This document shows, piece by piece, positions 33,557-44,912 of a stretch of 64,000 nucleotides of DNA (position 1 is the stretch's first letter; each line of letters opens with the position of its first letter). The stretch covers positions 480,001-544,000 of the forward strand of contig OZ244052.1 of the NCBI GenBank assembly GCA_965215125.1, written 5' to 3'. The translations under genes were made by a program, and so were the position numbers. The DNA comes from an uncultured candidatus Porisulfidus sp. Lineage in GTDB: Bacteria; Pseudomonadota; Gammaproteobacteria; Poriferisulfidales; Oxydemutatoraceae. The notes below the pieces were generated by a model. The model ran no database searches. It saw only the letters and a program-made list of their open reading frames with translations, and had not been told where the DNA came from.

Positions 33557-34600
33557 ATGCTTAAAAGACTTTTTTCCCTTTTTTCGGATGATTTATCTAT
33601 AGATTTAGGTACCGCAAATACACTGATATGTATGAAGGGCCGAGGCATTGTGCTCGACGAGCCGTCGGTGGTCGCAACGCGCATCAACAGCCACGGCTCC
33701 ACGGTGAGTGTTGAAGCTGCCGGGCGTACTGCCAAAGAAATGCTAGGCAAAACACCCTCTAATATAAAAGTCATCAGACCTTTGAAAGACGGCGTGATAG
33801 CGGACTTTACGACAACCGAAAAAATGCTTCAGATGTTTATACACAAAGTCCATAAAGGTAAATTGCTTAAATCGAGCGGCAGGGTTCTTATCTGCGTTCC
33901 GTGCGGTGCAACCCAAGTTGAAAGACGCGCAATTCGCGAATCGGCACTCGGTGCCGGTGCGAGCAAAGTCTATTTGATAGAGGAACCTATAGCTGCTGCG
34001 ATAGGCGCGAACCTCCCTATCAGTGAAGCGCAAGGTTCAATGATTTTGGATATCGGCGGCGGCACATCCGAAGTCGCAGTACTATCCCTCAACGGTATCG
34101 TTTATTCGGCTTCGGTTAGATTTGGAGGTGATAAGCTGGACGAGGCAATTATAGACTATATGCGCCGCCAATACGGCGTGATGATCGGCGAAGCTACCGC
34201 AGAGCGAGTCAAAAGTTTTATCGGCACCGCCTACCCGGCCGCAGAGATTATAGAAACCGAGATTCACGCCCGTGAGGTCGCCGGCGGTATCCCGAAAAAC
34301 ATTACCGTAACCAGCAACGAAATCTACGATGCGATGAAAGAAACACTGAACAATATCGTCCTTGCGGTCAAAAAAGCACTCGATGAAACGCCGCCGGAAT
34401 TAAGTTCCGATATAGCCGAACGCGGCATCGTCTTAACCGGCGGCGGTGCTTTGTTAAAAAACTTGGATGTCTTGATTACTCAAGAAACAACTATCCCTGC
34501 GGTCATCGCCGACGAACCCTTGACTTGCGTCGCTCAAGGAGGTGGAAAAGCACTAGAGTTATTAGACGAAAAGAAAGTCACTTTCCTTTACGAGGAATAA
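33557..34600 (+). CDS. mreB: Rod shape-determining actin-like protein MreB
   Basis: [35 protein letters not shown]. Start set at MLKRLF. Confidence 0.97.
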   Translation: MLKRLFSLFSDDLSIDLGTANTLICMKGRGIVLDEPSVVATRINSHGSTVSVEAAGRTAKEMLGKTPSNIKVIRPLKDGVIADFTTTEKMLQMFIHKVHKGKLLKSSGRVLICVPCGATQVERRAIRESALGAGASKVYLIEEPIAAAIGANLPISEAQGSMILDIGGGTSEVAVLSLNGIVYSASVRFGGDKLDEAIIDYMRRQYGVMIGEATAERVKSFIGTAYPAAEIIETEIHAREVAGGIPKNITVTSNEIYDAMKETLNNIVLAVKKALDETPPELSSDIAERGIVLTGGGALLKNLDVLITQETTIPAVIADEPLTCVAQGGGKALELLDEKKVTFLYEE

Positions 34601-34617
34601 AATCGGAGCATCTAAAG

Positions 34618-35454
34618 ATTAAAGAATTATTTAGTCCTCACAACCTTACTTCCAAGCTGATTTTTTTTATAGCTTTATCTGTAGTACTGATAATAACCGA
34701 TTATCGATTTAGCTATCTGGATAGAGTACGCTACCACGCCGATATATTCGGCTATGCAATTCGCTATGTTGCAAATCTACCCTATATCACTACACTGCTA
34801 ACATACGAGTATTTACAAGAACGCTCGGAGTTGCTGGACAGAAAAGATCAACTGCAAAAAGAAAATGTCAAACTTCATGCGGAATTATCCAAAATGTCCG
34901 CGCTCGAACACAAAAACCGTCATCTACAAAATTTATTAAACCTACTCGAAGGCAACAGCGATAAAAATTTTACGGTGGTTAAACTGATCGGGGTATATTC
35001 TTCTTTAATAGAACAAAAAATTATTATCAACAAAGGCAGTGCGGACGGTGTCTATATAGGACAACCGGTACTGGGTATAAACGGCATCATCGGACAAGTC
35101 GGAAAATTGACTCCGATTAGCGCAACGGTCATATTAATTTCCAGTCCGGGTTTCACGGTGATGGGAGAAATCGAACGCTCCAGTTTGCGAGTGGTCGTGC
35201 GCGGCATCGGTAATGCAGAACGATTGCAGTTACTTTATGTACCGACAACCGCAGATATTGAGATCGGCGACCAAATCGTCACCTCGGGCCTAGATCATAA
35301 ATATCCTTATGGGTACCCTATAGGAACGGTACTGAGTATAGAGAAGCCGGCAGGAAACAGCTTTTCTACGATTCATATTAAACCGAATGCCAAACTCAAC
35401 CATAACCTAGAGATGTTACTGGTTTGGCCGACCCGAACAATGACACAACAATGA
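34618..35454 (+). CDS. mreC: Rod shape-determining protein MreC (probable ATT start)
   Basis: TM, coiled coil, INKGSADGVYIGQPV, GDQIVTSGL..YPYGYPIG. No in-frame ATG near the mreB stop; GGAG-9nt-ATT AAA GAA TTA TTT. Confidence 0.9.
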   Translation: MKELFSPHNLTSKLIFFIALSVVLIITDYRFSYLDRVRYHADIFGYAIRYVANLPYITTLLTYEYLQERSELLDRKDQLQKENVKLHAELSKMSALEHKNRHLQNLLNLLEGNSDKNFTVVKLIGVYSSLIEQKIIINKGSADGVYIGQPVLGINGIIGQVGKLTPISATVILISSPGFTVMGEIERSSLRVVVRGIGNAERLQLLYVPTTADIEIGDQIVTSGLDHKYPYGYPIGTVLSIEKPAGNSFSTIHIKPNAKLNHNLEMLLVWPTRTMTQQ

Positions 35455-35457
35455 ACG

Positions 35458-35964
35458 ATGCTTAAGAAAAAAACACAGTTCATACAGCACGAATACATAC
35501 TCGTATGGGGGAGTATATTCTTTGCTCTAATCATGGATGTACTGCCGTTGCCTCAGTGGGGATACTTTTACTGGCCTAGTTGGACCTTACTCGCCGTTAT
35601 TTATTGGGTACTCGCCCTGCCTTACAGATTCAATATCAAATTTGCATGGTTTACCGGGCTATTGGTCGATTTTATGTATGGCACTTGGCTGGGACAAAAT
35701 GCACTACTTTATACTTTAATTGCTTATGCGGTAATTTTACTTCATAAGCGTTTACGCTTTTATATTCCACAACAGATGTTGTTTATCGCTATGACACTCG
35801 GTCTTTATATACTCCTTACTCTATGGATCGAAGGCATGCGCGATGCTTCCGACAGCAGTTGGGAAAAGTTATATTCGGTTGTCATCGGTATGTTTGCTTG
35901 GCTTTGGGTCTACGCAGTATTGCGCTATTTGAGGCGCAAATTCTACTATTCGGCACACGGGTAA
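35458..35964 (+). CDS. mreD: Rod shape-determining protein MreD
   Basis: PSWTLLAVIYW..LP, AWFTGLLVD...G..LGQNAL; follows mreC. Confidence 0.92.
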   Translation: MLKKKTQFIQHEYILVWGSIFFALIMDVLPLPQWGYFYWPSWTLLAVIYWVLALPYRFNIKFAWFTGLLVDFMYGTWLGQNALLYTLIAYAVILLHKRLRFYIPQQMLFIAMTLGLYILLTLWIEGMRDASDSSWEKLYSVVIGMFAWLWVYAVLRYLRRKFYYSAHG

Positions 35965-37025
35965 GAACCTAATAATTTATAAAACGCAGCTTCTGCTCGG
36001 AGCTTGGCAAGCCCTTTTTTGATATGTGGTTCTTCACAGTGCCCTTCCATATCCAGAAAAAAAGCATATTCCCATTTGATACGGCGCGACGGACGCGATT
36101 CTATACGCATCAAACTGATACCTTGTTCGGCAAGTATCTGCAATAAGCCGGCGAGGGTCCCCGAGCGATTTTCGGTTGATACCAAAACGCTGGTCTTGTC
36201 GCGACCGCTGGGGTTCGGATATTGATTACCCAAAATCAAAAAGCGCGTCGTGTTTTGTACGTTGTCTTCTATATCTCCGGCTAATATATTGAGTTGATAT
36301 AATTTTGCCGCATGCGCGCTCGCAATCGCCGCCGCATCGCGGTCTCGCTCGAGTTGCCGAATGGCTTGGGTGCTACTCTCGGCGTTGATCCGTACACTGT
36401 CGGGGAGGTGCGTATTAAGCCAATAGCGACATTGAGCGAGAGATTGAGAGTGCCCGTAGACTTTGGCTACATCCTCGATACGGCTTTGTTTACCGAGCAA
36501 GCAATGGTTGATGCGCAATTCCACCTCGCCGACTATTTTTATATCGGTCTCCATAAAGCAATCCAAAGTGTTGCTTACGCTACCTTCGCTGGAATTTTCC
36601 ACCGGCACCACACCGTAATACGCCCGGTTTGCCGAGATATATTGAAATACTTCTTCTATCGTGGCGCACGACTCCAACGAGACGGCATGACCGAAATGCT
36701 TGAACACGGCTTGCTCGGTATAGGTTGCTGCAGGACCTAAGAAAACAACGGTGAGTTTTTTTTCGAGTGCCCTACACGCCGATATGATTTCTCTAAACAG
36801 CATCGATAAAGTAGCATTAGGTAATGGTCCCGGATTGTTCGATAATAACTCGCTTAAATGTGCCGCCTCTCGGTCGGGACGATAGGTGCATATATCTTTA
36901 TTCTCCTTTTGCTTTGCATGCCCTATGTCTATTGCATGTTGCGCTCGCTCGCCGAGCAGTTTTAATATACGCGCATCTACTGCGTCTATTTGCGCTCGTA
37001 ATTTCTCTATCTCGTCGTCTTTCAT
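35946..37025 (-). CDS. pheA: Chorismate mutase/prephenate dehydratase (P-protein)
   Basis: LRAQIDAVD..YRPDRE, VPVENSSEGSV, NTTRFL, RIESRPS. Confidence 0.96.
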   Translation of the reverse strand: MKDDEIEKLRAQIDAVDARILKLLGERAQHAIDIGHAKQKENKDICTYRPDREAAHLSELLSNNPGPLPNATLSMLFREIISACRALEKKLTVVFLGPAATYTEQAVFKHFGHAVSLESCATIEEVFQYISANRAYYGVVPVENSSEGSVSNTLDCFMETDIKIVGEVELRINHCLLGKQSRIEDVAKVYGHSQSLAQCRYWLNTHLPDSVRINAESSTQAIRQLERDRDAAAIASAHAAKLYQLNILAGDIEDNVQNTTRFLILGNQYPNPSGRDKTSVLVSTENRSGTLAGLLQILAEQGISLMRIESRPSRRIKWEYAFFLDMEGHCEEPHIKKGLAKLRAEAAFYKLLGSYPCAE

Positions 37026-37040
37026 TACACGGCTTGCCTT

Positions 37041-38147
37041 TTACATTTTGCGTTCAAAATCTTTCATAAATTCCACTAAGGTCTCGACACCCGAAATCGG
37101 CATCCCATTATACAGGCTCGCGCGTATACCCCCGGTATGGCTATGCCCTTTCAATCCCCAGAGACCGTGTTGCTCCGCTTGACTTATAAATTGCTGCTCG
37201 AGCGTGCTCGTAGGCAGATTGAATAATACATTAACCCGAGAACGATATTGCGTAGAAATAGGATTTGTATAAACCGAAGAACCGTCTATGCAATCGTATA
37301 TCAAAGCCGAACGTTGCAGGCATCGCTTTTGCATTTCCGCCACACCGCCCTGCGCCTCTATCCATTCCAGCATCAGGTTCGCCACCAACCACGAAAAAAC
37401 CGGCGGTGTAGTCGGTCTAGAGTTCGTTTCATGTAATTTATTATAGTCGTACAATGCGGGGGTTAAGGGATGGCGCGGTGACGATAAGGCTTCGCGTGCG
37501 ATGATGATATAAACCAAGCCGCCGACGCCGGCATTCTTTTGCGCGCCGGCGTATATCATCCGGTGCGAACTTATGTCTATCGTACGGGTTAGAAAATTGG
37601 ATGTCATATCGGCTACCAGGCTCCCGTCGCCTATATGCGCTTCGGCAAAAAACTCAAATCCGCTAAGCGTTTCGTTTGAAACATAATGGCGATACACCGC
37701 TGCCTCGCTGAGCTGCCATGTTTCGGGATCGGCTAAAGACAACGGCGACTGTTCGGAGATAGAAGCGACGATTTTGAGCTTGGTATCGGGGAGATACTTT
37801 TTAGCTTCGGCAACGGCGTACTCCGACCAATAACCGGTATTAAAATAATCGGCATGCTTATCTTGAGCGAGATTCATCGCCAACGCTGCGTATTGGGCAC
37901 GGGTGCCGCTCGACGAAAATAATACTTCGTAGTCATCGGGAATATCGAGTAGCTTGCGTAGTCTATCTTGCATGCTTTGCACGACCTCGTCGACATAAGC
38001 GGTTCTATGCCCTATCTCTAAGAGTGGTACCGGATGCTTTTCGCAAACTAGCTGTCGGGCTTTCTCCAATACGGCTTCCGGTAAAACCGCAGGTCCGGGA
38101 GAAAAATTATAAAGCGACATATAGATCGCGTGTTGCTTAGGTGTCAA
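37041..38147 (-). CDS. serC: Phosphoserine aminotransferase
   Basis: NFSPGPAVLP, NETLSG, ADMTS, YAGAQKNAG, GGIRASLYN. Confidence 0.95.
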   Translation of the reverse strand: MTPKQHAIYMSLYNFSPGPAVLPEAVLEKARQLVCEKHPVPLLEIGHRTAYVDEVVQSMQDRLRKLLDIPDDYEVLFSSSGTRAQYAALAMNLAQDKHADYFNTGYWSEYAVAEAKKYLPDTKLKIVASISEQSPLSLADPETWQLSEAAVYRHYVSNETLSGFEFFAEAHIGDGSLVADMTSNFLTRTIDISSHRMIYAGAQKNAGVGGLVYIIIAREALSSPRHPLTPALYDYNKLHETNSRPTTPPVFSWLVANLMLEWIEAQGGVAEMQKRCLQRSALIYDCIDGSSVYTNPISTQYRSRVNVLFNLPTSTLEQQFISQAEQHGLWGLKGHSHTGGIRASLYNGMPISGVETLVEFMKDFERKM

Positions 38148-38165
38148 CCCTACGGTAAGCGACGA

Positions 38166-40706
38166 TCATTCCTTGTCTATGCGTACTATTTCCGATAGCT
38201 TTGCATTATCGTCGAGCCGTATCAGCCTGACACCTTGCGTATTACGACTTACGGTAGAGATAGTAGACACTCGGGTGCGAACCAGTACGCCTTTATCGGT
38301 AATCAGCATGATCTCGTCGTCTTCGGCAAAAGGTAATGCTCCTATTACCTTGCCGTTGCGTGTGCTGGTTTTTATAGAAATCGTGCCCATACCACCGCGC
38401 CGCTTGGTAGAAAACTCTTTTGCGTAGGTGCGCTTGCCGTAGCCATTCTCGGTTGCGACCAAAACTTTGGTCTGCGCCTCGTCTTTTTCCGATAAACAAA
38501 TCAAAGAAATAATTTTCGCCCCCTCACGTAGCCGCATTCCTATTACGCCACGGGCTATTCTACCCATCGAGCGTATGTCGGATTCCTTAAAACGAACCGC
38601 ACGCCCCACATCGCTGAACAGCATGATTTCTCTCGCACCGTCGGTTAATACCGCGCCTATCATTTTGTCGCCTGCTTTCAGATTGATTGCTCTGATACCG
38701 TTGCTGCGCGGTCTGGAAAACGCCGTCAGTGGCGTGCGTTTGATGATTCCTCTTTCGGTTGCCATCGTAATATACAACCCTTCTGCATAAGATTCTATCG
38801 GTAGTATCGTAGTGATACGCTCATCCTCACCGAGTTTGAGCAGATTGACCAAAGGTTTGCCTCTGGCGATGCGTCCGGCTCTAGGCAATTTATAAACCTT
38901 GAGCCAGTAGAGTTGTCCTAGGTTGGAAAAACATAATAGGGTGTCGTGCGTACTCGCAACGAACATCATTTCTATAAAATCTTCTTCTTTGACGGCGGTT
39001 GCCGCCTTTCCTCTGCCGCCTCTGCGCTGGGCGCGATAATGATCGGGCGGTTGTATTTTGGCATAGCCGGCATGCGATATCGTCAACATCATATCCTCTT
39101 CGGTAATCAGGTCTTCCTCGTCCATATCTACCGATTGATCTACTATCTGAGTTCTGCGCTCGTCGCCGTACTGCTTCTTAATATCCCTTAATTCGTCGCA
39201 AATCACTTTCATCAAACGATCGGGGTTGGAAAGTATTTCGAGTAGATCCAATATCAATGCAATAAGTTCCTCGTAATCGGAGACTATTTTGTCCTGCTCC
39301 AATGCGGTCAAGCGATGGAGTTTTAGGTCTAGTATCGCTTGTGCCTGTTGTTCGGATAGATGATAGCCGTCTTCGTGTAAGCCGAATTCGGCAGGCAAAG
39401 TGTCCGGTTTGGATATCACCGCATCGGCTTTCTCCATGAGCTGCATAACCGCCCCCGGTTTCCACGCCCGTCCCATCAGCGCGCGTTTGGCATCGGCCGA
39501 TGTCTGCGAACTTTTTATCAGCGCGATCACCTCGTCTATATTGGCAAGCGCGACCGCCAAGCCTTCCAAAAGATGTGCTTTGTCCTTGGCTTTGCGTAAT
39601 TCAAACACGGTGCGTTTGGTGACCACATCACGGCGATGCCGCAAAAAGGCCTCTAAAATTTCCTTGAGGTTAAATAGCTTCGGCTGGCCTTGCTGTAGCG
39701 CAACCATGTTGATGCTGAACGTCGATTGCATCTTGGTGTGTTTGTACAGATTATTGAGTATGATTTCGCTGTTCTCTCTGCGCTTTAATTCGATAACCAC
39801 GCGCATGCCCTCCTTGTCGGTCTCGTCGCGCAGTTCGGAAATACCTTCAATTCGTTTTTCTTTAACCAAATCGGCAATCTTCTCGAGCAACTGCGCTTTA
39901 TTAACCGCATACGGCAGTTCTTCGATGATAATACGCTCATGTTCTCCTTTTTTCACCGATTCTATTTTGCATTTGGCGCGCATCACCGCCCGTCCGCGTC
40001 CGCTACGATAGGCTTCGTGCAACCCTTCGCGTCCGTTGATAATAGCGGCGGTCGGAAAATCCGGTCCTGGAATGTAGCGAATCAAATCGTCTATGGATAT
40101 ATCCGGGTTCTTCGCAAGTGCCAAAACTGCGTCAATCACTTCGCCCAGATTATGGGTCGGGATATTCGTTGCCATACCGACTGCAATGCCCGCAGAACCG
40201 TTGACCAATAAATTCGGCACTCGCGACGGCAAGACTACCGGTTCTTTCTCGGAATTATCGTAATTGGGAACGAAATCGACCGTCTCTTTATCTATGTCGG
40301 CAAGCAGTTCGTGTGCTATTTTTGCAAGCCTGACTTCGGTGTAGCGCATCGCCGCAGGGGCATCACCGTCTATAGAACCGAAATTACCTTGTCCGTCTAT
40401 CAACGGATAGCGCAAAGAGAAAGTTTGTGCCATCCGCACTATGGTATCGTATACCGCATTATCGCCGTGCGGGTGATACTTACCTATCACATCGCCGACG
40501 ATGCGTGCCGATTTCTTATACGCCTTGTTCCAATCGTTATGAAGTTCATGCATCGCATAGAGTACGCGTCTATGCACCGGCTTCAAACCGTCGCAAATAT
40601 CGGGCAAAGCACGGCCTATAATGACACTCATTGCGTAATCCAAATAGGATTTACGCATCTCGGCTTCTAAACTAACCGGAAGAATTTCTTTGGCAAAATC
40701 GGGCAT
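38166..40706 (-). CDS. gyrA: DNA gyrase subunit A
   Basis: [15 protein letters not shown], GyrA box QRRGGRG. Confidence 0.98.
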   Translation of the reverse strand: MPDFAKEILPVSLEAEMRKSYLDYAMSVIIGRALPDICDGLKPVHRRVLYAMHELHNDWNKAYKKSARIVGDVIGKYHPHGDNAVYDTIVRMAQTFSLRYPLIDGQGNFGSIDGDAPAAMRYTEVRLAKIAHELLADIDKETVDFVPNYDNSEKEPVVLPSRVPNLLVNGSAGIAVGMATNIPTHNLGEVIDAVLALAKNPDISIDDLIRYIPGPDFPTAAIINGREGLHEAYRSGRGRAVMRAKCKIESVKKGEHERIIIEELPYAVNKAQLLEKIADLVKEKRIEGISELRDETDKEGMRVVIELKRRENSEIILNNLYKHTKMQSTFSINMVALQQGQPKLFNLKEILEAFLRHRRDVVTKRTVFELRKAKDKAHLLEGLAVALANIDEVIALIKSSQTSADAKRALMGRAWKPGAVMQLMEKADAVISKPDTLPAEFGLHEDGYHLSEQQAQAILDLKLHRLTALEQDKIVSDYEELIALILDLLEILSNPDRLMKVICDELRDIKKQYGDERRTQIVDQSVDMDEEDLITEEDMMLTISHAGYAKIQPPDHYRAQRRGGRGKAATAVKEEDFIEMMFVASTHDTLLCFSNLGQLYWLKVYKLPRAGRIARGKPLVNLLKLGEDERITTILPIESYAEGLYITMATERGIIKRTPLTAFSRPRSNGIRAINLKAGDKMIGAVLTDGAREIMLFSDVGRAVRFKESDIRSMGRIARGVIGMRLREGAKIISLICLSEKDEAQTKVLVATENGYGKRTYAKEFSTKRRGGMGTISIKTSTRNGKVIGALPFAEDDEIMLITDKGVLVRTRVSTISTVSRNTQGVRLIRLDDNAKLSEIVRIDKE

Positions 40707-40746
40707 GGTTATTTAAGATACGCGAGGGTAGTTATGCGGCATTACT

Positions 40747-41736
40747 TCAAGAATCAATTTTAATCTCGAACAAGGTAGGCCAGTTCTTGCCGGTCACATA
40801 AAGTTTTTTGCTTTTTGCATCATAAGCGATGCCGTTCAAGACACCGGTTTTCGTTTTAGCCCTCACTTCGTCCAATAATTCCTTGAGGTCTAGATAAGAA
40901 GTAACTACACCTGTTCTAGGATTAATTATCACGATTTTATTTCGTAACCACACATTGGCATAAATTCTTCCGCCCACCCATTCAAGTTCGTTCAGATATT
41001 TAAGCGGGCGGCCGTTCTCGGTCACCGATATGCGCTTGATTTCCTTAAAATTATTAGGATCCATATATTTCAATATATCGGAACCATCGCTCATAATTAA
41101 TTCTTTGCCGTTGCTCGTTATCCCCCAACCCTCACCTCTATATTGAAGTTGTCTTCTAAACCGCAGCGTGTCCGCGTCGTAGACCATCAGCACCCCTCTT
41201 CTATAAGTAAGTTGATAAAGAGAATCTTTGAGACGCGTAACACCTTCGGCAAAAAGATGCGGCGGTAATTCCTCTTCCGCCAACACTTCGCCGTCTTTGA
41301 GGTTCACCTTACTCAACGACGATTTTCCGTAACCACCACTGCTTGCTATCAATGTATCGCCGTCTACTATCAGCCCCTGAGTAAAAATCTCTTGACGATG
41401 CGGAAAACGATTAACTACATTGTAATCCAGTAGCTTGGCTTGTCTAACTCGGTTTTCTCTAGCTTCTATCCGCCGCATGATGGCTTGAATGTCTCTTTCC
41501 ATACGCTCGCCCTCACCGGTAGGCTCCGTTTCGGCAATATCTTGCTCACCGGTATCCGCTTTTTCAGCTTCATTTTTGGTACTTGCGGAGCTGTCTCCTA
41601 TATCGTCGGGCAATAGGCGAATTTCGGTTTGAGTCGTGCCTTGGACATCTTCTTCTTGAGCGTACACAGGATGTAATTGGATTAGACCTAACAAAAGGGA
41701 TATTAAGAATAAATAGTAGATACGGTAATATTTCAT
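40747..41736 (-). CDS. Glutaminyl-peptide cyclotransferase (beta-propeller type) with an acidic N-terminal extension
   Basis: FTQGL, FAEG, QLTY, GEGWG, MSDGS, LNELE, ANVW, LNGIAYD, VTGKNWP. Confidence 0.9.
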   Translation of the reverse strand: MKYYRIYYLFLISLLLGLIQLHPVYAQEEDVQGTTQTEIRLLPDDIGDSSASTKNEAEKADTGEQDIAETEPTGEGERMERDIQAIMRRIEARENRVRQAKLLDYNVVNRFPHRQEIFTQGLIVDGDTLIASSGGYGKSSLSKVNLKDGEVLAEEELPPHLFAEGVTRLKDSLYQLTYRRGVLMVYDADTLRFRRQLQYRGEGWGITSNGKELIMSDGSDILKYMDPNNFKEIKRISVTENGRPLKYLNELEWVGGRIYANVWLRNKIVIINPRTGVVTSYLDLKELLDEVRAKTKTGVLNGIAYDAKSKKLYVTGKNWPTLFEIKIDS

Positions 41737-41875
41737 TTAAAGATATTATTAAATAATCTTATTATTATAAGCTATTTTGGGTAATGTTTGCACGATTAAC
41801 TGCGTTTACTCACTAATATTATGGAAACCATTATTTGTTGACGCAAGGCGGTTGGGTTTGTACCGAACGGTAGTT

Positions 41876-41947
41876 AAGGGTGGACAGATATATTAAACCC
41901 CGGCTTATTTGATATAAGATAAACGCTTATGCAAGTCCACCCCTACG
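41876..41947. repeat. GTAG-type REP-like hairpin remnant (family C)
   Basis: aagggtggac....gtccacccctac arms. Confidence 0.5.
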
Positions 41948-42005
41948 GGTGGTTTGCAAAAATTGGAGGTGAAGTTTTAACTTGGGGTTGACAAAACATT
42001 ACTTT

Positions 42006-44321
42006 TTAATTATCGCCCGACGGCGATAAGGAGTTAGGGCGGTTGCGCCAATAACGTTGCTCGTGCATACGATACGATTGTAAGTCGAAGTTTCGGTCGG
42101 TCGGAAAATCAAAAACCAATGCGCCGGCCTTAGCGGTATCCAATACCTGAATACCTCGCTCGTAATAGCGCGCTACGATATCGGCTCTCGGCAACGCAAA
42201 GCGATTGCGATAACCGGAGGTGACTACCGCAAGCAAAGGGGAGACTGCCGATATAAATTCGGGTGTCGAAGAAGTACGGCTACCGTGATGCGGAACGAGC
42301 AACACATCGCTCGGCAAAGACGGGTGATGCGACAAAATGCGCTCCGCGGCTTTCTCTATGTCGGCGGTCAACAGCAACGAATGTCTACGGTTGGAGATAC
42401 GCAATACGCACGATGCATTATTGCCCTTATAAATAGTGTCGGATTGAGGATAGAGTATTTCAAAACGTACATCGTCCCAAACCCAAGATTGACCTTGAAC
42501 GCAAGGTTCGAAGCGACGGTTGTCAACCGTTAAGGGTTCACCGCCGAGCAAACGGTGCGGTGAGATATGCCGCATCAGCACTTCGGCACCACCGGCGTGA
42601 TCGTTGTCGGCGTGCGATACGACCAAGGTATCAACTGTATTGATACGGCGAGAACGTAAGTACGGTAAAACCACGCTATCCATCGTGTTGAATCCCGAAC
42701 GATAGTATGGCCCGGTATCATAGATTAGAGTATGTTCTCGTGTGCGTACTAAAACCGACAAGCCTTGCCCCACATCAAAAAATACGACCTTAAAAGCACC
42801 CGAAGGCAGCGGCGACGGTGTACTAAAAAACGGCAATAACGGAAATAGTAGTAATAATGCCAGCCAACGCGCAGGCTTTTTTCTTAATACGATAAACAAC
42901 AAAATACCGGATAAGGCAAATAATGCCGTCAAATTGTCTATGTAATGAAACCATCTTAAGTCATGACTTGCAAACCAACCGTTGATTTGCCATAACATCT
43001 CAAACAACAAGTCGGCAAGCTTTATAAAAAATGACGCGATCGGTTCACTCAGCATAAAAGAAGCAACGGCAATCAACGAGCACGGCAATACCAAAAAGGC
43101 GGTCAAGGGAACGATTACCATATTGGCTAGCGGCGAAATCGCTGCGCCTTGAGTAAAAAACAATAGAGAAGGTATTATCATTACCGTGGCAATATACGCT
43201 TGCATGCCGAACCATAATTTCCATCCTTTTAGGTTCGGTGCAATCAATAAGAAAAATGCGATCATTGCAACGGCAGCAAACGACAACCAGAAGGAAATGG
43301 ACAAAGTTGCCGAGGGGTCGTATATAAGAATCAGTAATAAGGCGACGGTCAAAGATTGCGATAAAGATATTTTGTACCTAAAGAAGTTGGCACAGACGAT
43401 ACATATCAGCATAATCAAAGCCCGCTGCGTGGGCACCGAAAAGCCGGCGAGTGCCGCATAGGCGATCGCTACCGGCAATGCCCCGAGCAAAGCGACATCG
43501 CGAGACGGATATAAATAACGACTCAAAAAGAAATAACGCCATAGACGTTCTATCAACACGAAAAACAGACCGAAAACCATACCGATATGCAAACCCGAAA
43601 CGGCAAATAAATGATGCGTGCCGGTGGCACTTAGAATTTCTCTTTGCCGATTCGACAAAAGCGAACTCAAACCCAAAGTGATGGCGGCGATGGAATCAAC
43701 TTGGGCGTATAGATGCCTATACGACTCCAGCTTATCAAAAAGCCGTTGCCGCCATCGTTCAAGGCTATATCCCGATACCGTCGCCGATGCCTCGAGCTTT
43801 TGATAAGAAACTACATATCCGGTAGCTTCTATGCCTTGCATCGTCAACCAACGTTCATAATCAAAGGTGTTCGGATTGGCAAAACCGTAGCGAGCTTTTA
43901 ATTTGATTTTGGCGCGTAAAAAATCCGAGACCTTTATCGGCTCTCCATAACGATAAATGCTCGCTCTAACACGCTTGGGGAAAGGCTGGTCTGCATCGGG
44001 ATGTTCTATCACCTTCAATATAAATTGTGTGCTACCCGTTCGCCGAATAGGAATCGTTACAACCTGAGCTACGACTTCAACAGTCTTCCCTTCCCAAGCA
44101 CTTGCGACTTCGCCTTCGGTATCCAATGGTACGGCGTAAGCAGTCCAAAATAAACCCAAGCAAAAACCAACCAATAAACGCCACCTTAACTTAGAAGAGA
44201 ATAATAAAACACCGAATATCAAAAAAATCGGACTATGCACTTTCGGGAGTACCGGCGAAAGTTGTAGAGATAAGTTTCCTGCCAAGAAAGAAAACGCAAA
44301 AATATAGATCGTAGATAGCAT
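42006..44321 (-). CDS. comEC: DNA uptake channel ComEC/Rec2
   Basis: NPNTFDYE, HLFAVSGLHIG, SVPTQRALIM, DVGQG, SHADNDHAGG, VPHHGSRTSS. Confidence 0.95.
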   Translation of the reverse strand: MLSTIYIFAFSFLAGNLSLQLSPVLPKVHSPIFLIFGVLLFSSKLRWRLLVGFCLGLFWTAYAVPLDTEGEVASAWEGKTVEVVAQVVTIPIRRTGSTQFILKVIEHPDADQPFPKRVRASIYRYGEPIKVSDFLRAKIKLKARYGFANPNTFDYERWLTMQGIEATGYVVSYQKLEASATVSGYSLERWRQRLFDKLESYRHLYAQVDSIAAITLGLSSLLSNRQREILSATGTHHLFAVSGLHIGMVFGLFFVLIERLWRYFFLSRYLYPSRDVALLGALPVAIAYAALAGFSVPTQRALIMLICIVCANFFRYKISLSQSLTVALLLILIYDPSATLSISFWLSFAAVAMIAFFLLIAPNLKGWKLWFGMQAYIATVMIIPSLLFFTQGAAISPLANMVIVPLTAFLVLPCSLIAVASFMLSEPIASFFIKLADLLFEMLWQINGWFASHDLRWFHYIDNLTALFALSGILLFIVLRKKPARWLALLLLFPLLPFFSTPSPLPSGAFKVVFFDVGQGLSVLVRTREHTLIYDTGPYYRSGFNTMDSVVLPYLRSRRINTVDTLVVSHADNDHAGGAEVLMRHISPHRLLGGEPLTVDNRRFEPCVQGQSWVWDDVRFEILYPQSDTIYKGNNASCVLRISNRRHSLLLTADIEKAAERILSHHPSLPSDVLLVPHHGSRTSSTPEFISAVSPLLAVVTSGYRNRFALPRADIVARYYERGIQVLDTAKAGALVFDFPTDRNFDLQSYRMHEQRYWRNRPNSLSPSGDN

Positions 44322-44372
44322 GAAAATATCATAAGTAGCTTAAAATATGCGTGGTTAACAAAACTGCCGAAG

Positions 44373-44912
44373 ATGCCTAAAAAACTGATAAAACGACTTT
44401 CCCCGAAAATGCATGAGATGCGAGCACATCCTCAGCTAAAATACCTCAATACCCTGATTCACAAAGAAAATCTATGGCATGTCAACCGCAACTCAATCGC
44501 CAACGCCTTTGCCGTCGGGTTATTCTGCGTATTTATTCCGATACCTTTTCAAATGATCCCGGCAGCATTGATCGCGGTTTGGGTCGGTGCGAATATCCCG
44601 GTGTCGGTATTACTCGTGTGGATTAGCAATCCGCTCACGGTCGCACCGATATTTTATCTATGCTATAAACTAGGACAGCTGATATTGCAAACACCGATGA
44701 GTGAATTTCATAACTCGTCGGATATGAATCAAATTATGAAAATTAGCCATCTATGGCAACCCTTCTTATTGGGTTGCTTTGTTATGAGTTGTATATCCTC
44801 TATAGTCGGATATACAGTAGTTAAAGTTTTATGGCGTATACATATAATCTCTTATCTAAAGCAGCGCCGCATTAGAAGAGATAACGGCACCGATGCCTAT
44901 AAAAGCAAATGA
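44373..44912 (+). CDS. DUF2062 family membrane protein
   Basis: LWHVNRNSIANAFAVGLF, PIPFQM, WISNPLT; divergent from comEC. Confidence 0.85.
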   Translation: MPKKLIKRLSPKMHEMRAHPQLKYLNTLIHKENLWHVNRNSIANAFAVGLFCVFIPIPFQMIPAALIAVWVGANIPVSVLLVWISNPLTVAPIFYLCYKLGQLILQTPMSEFHNSSDMNQIMKISHLWQPFLLGCFVMSCISSIVGYTVVKVLWRIHIISYLKQRRIRRDNGTDAYKSK

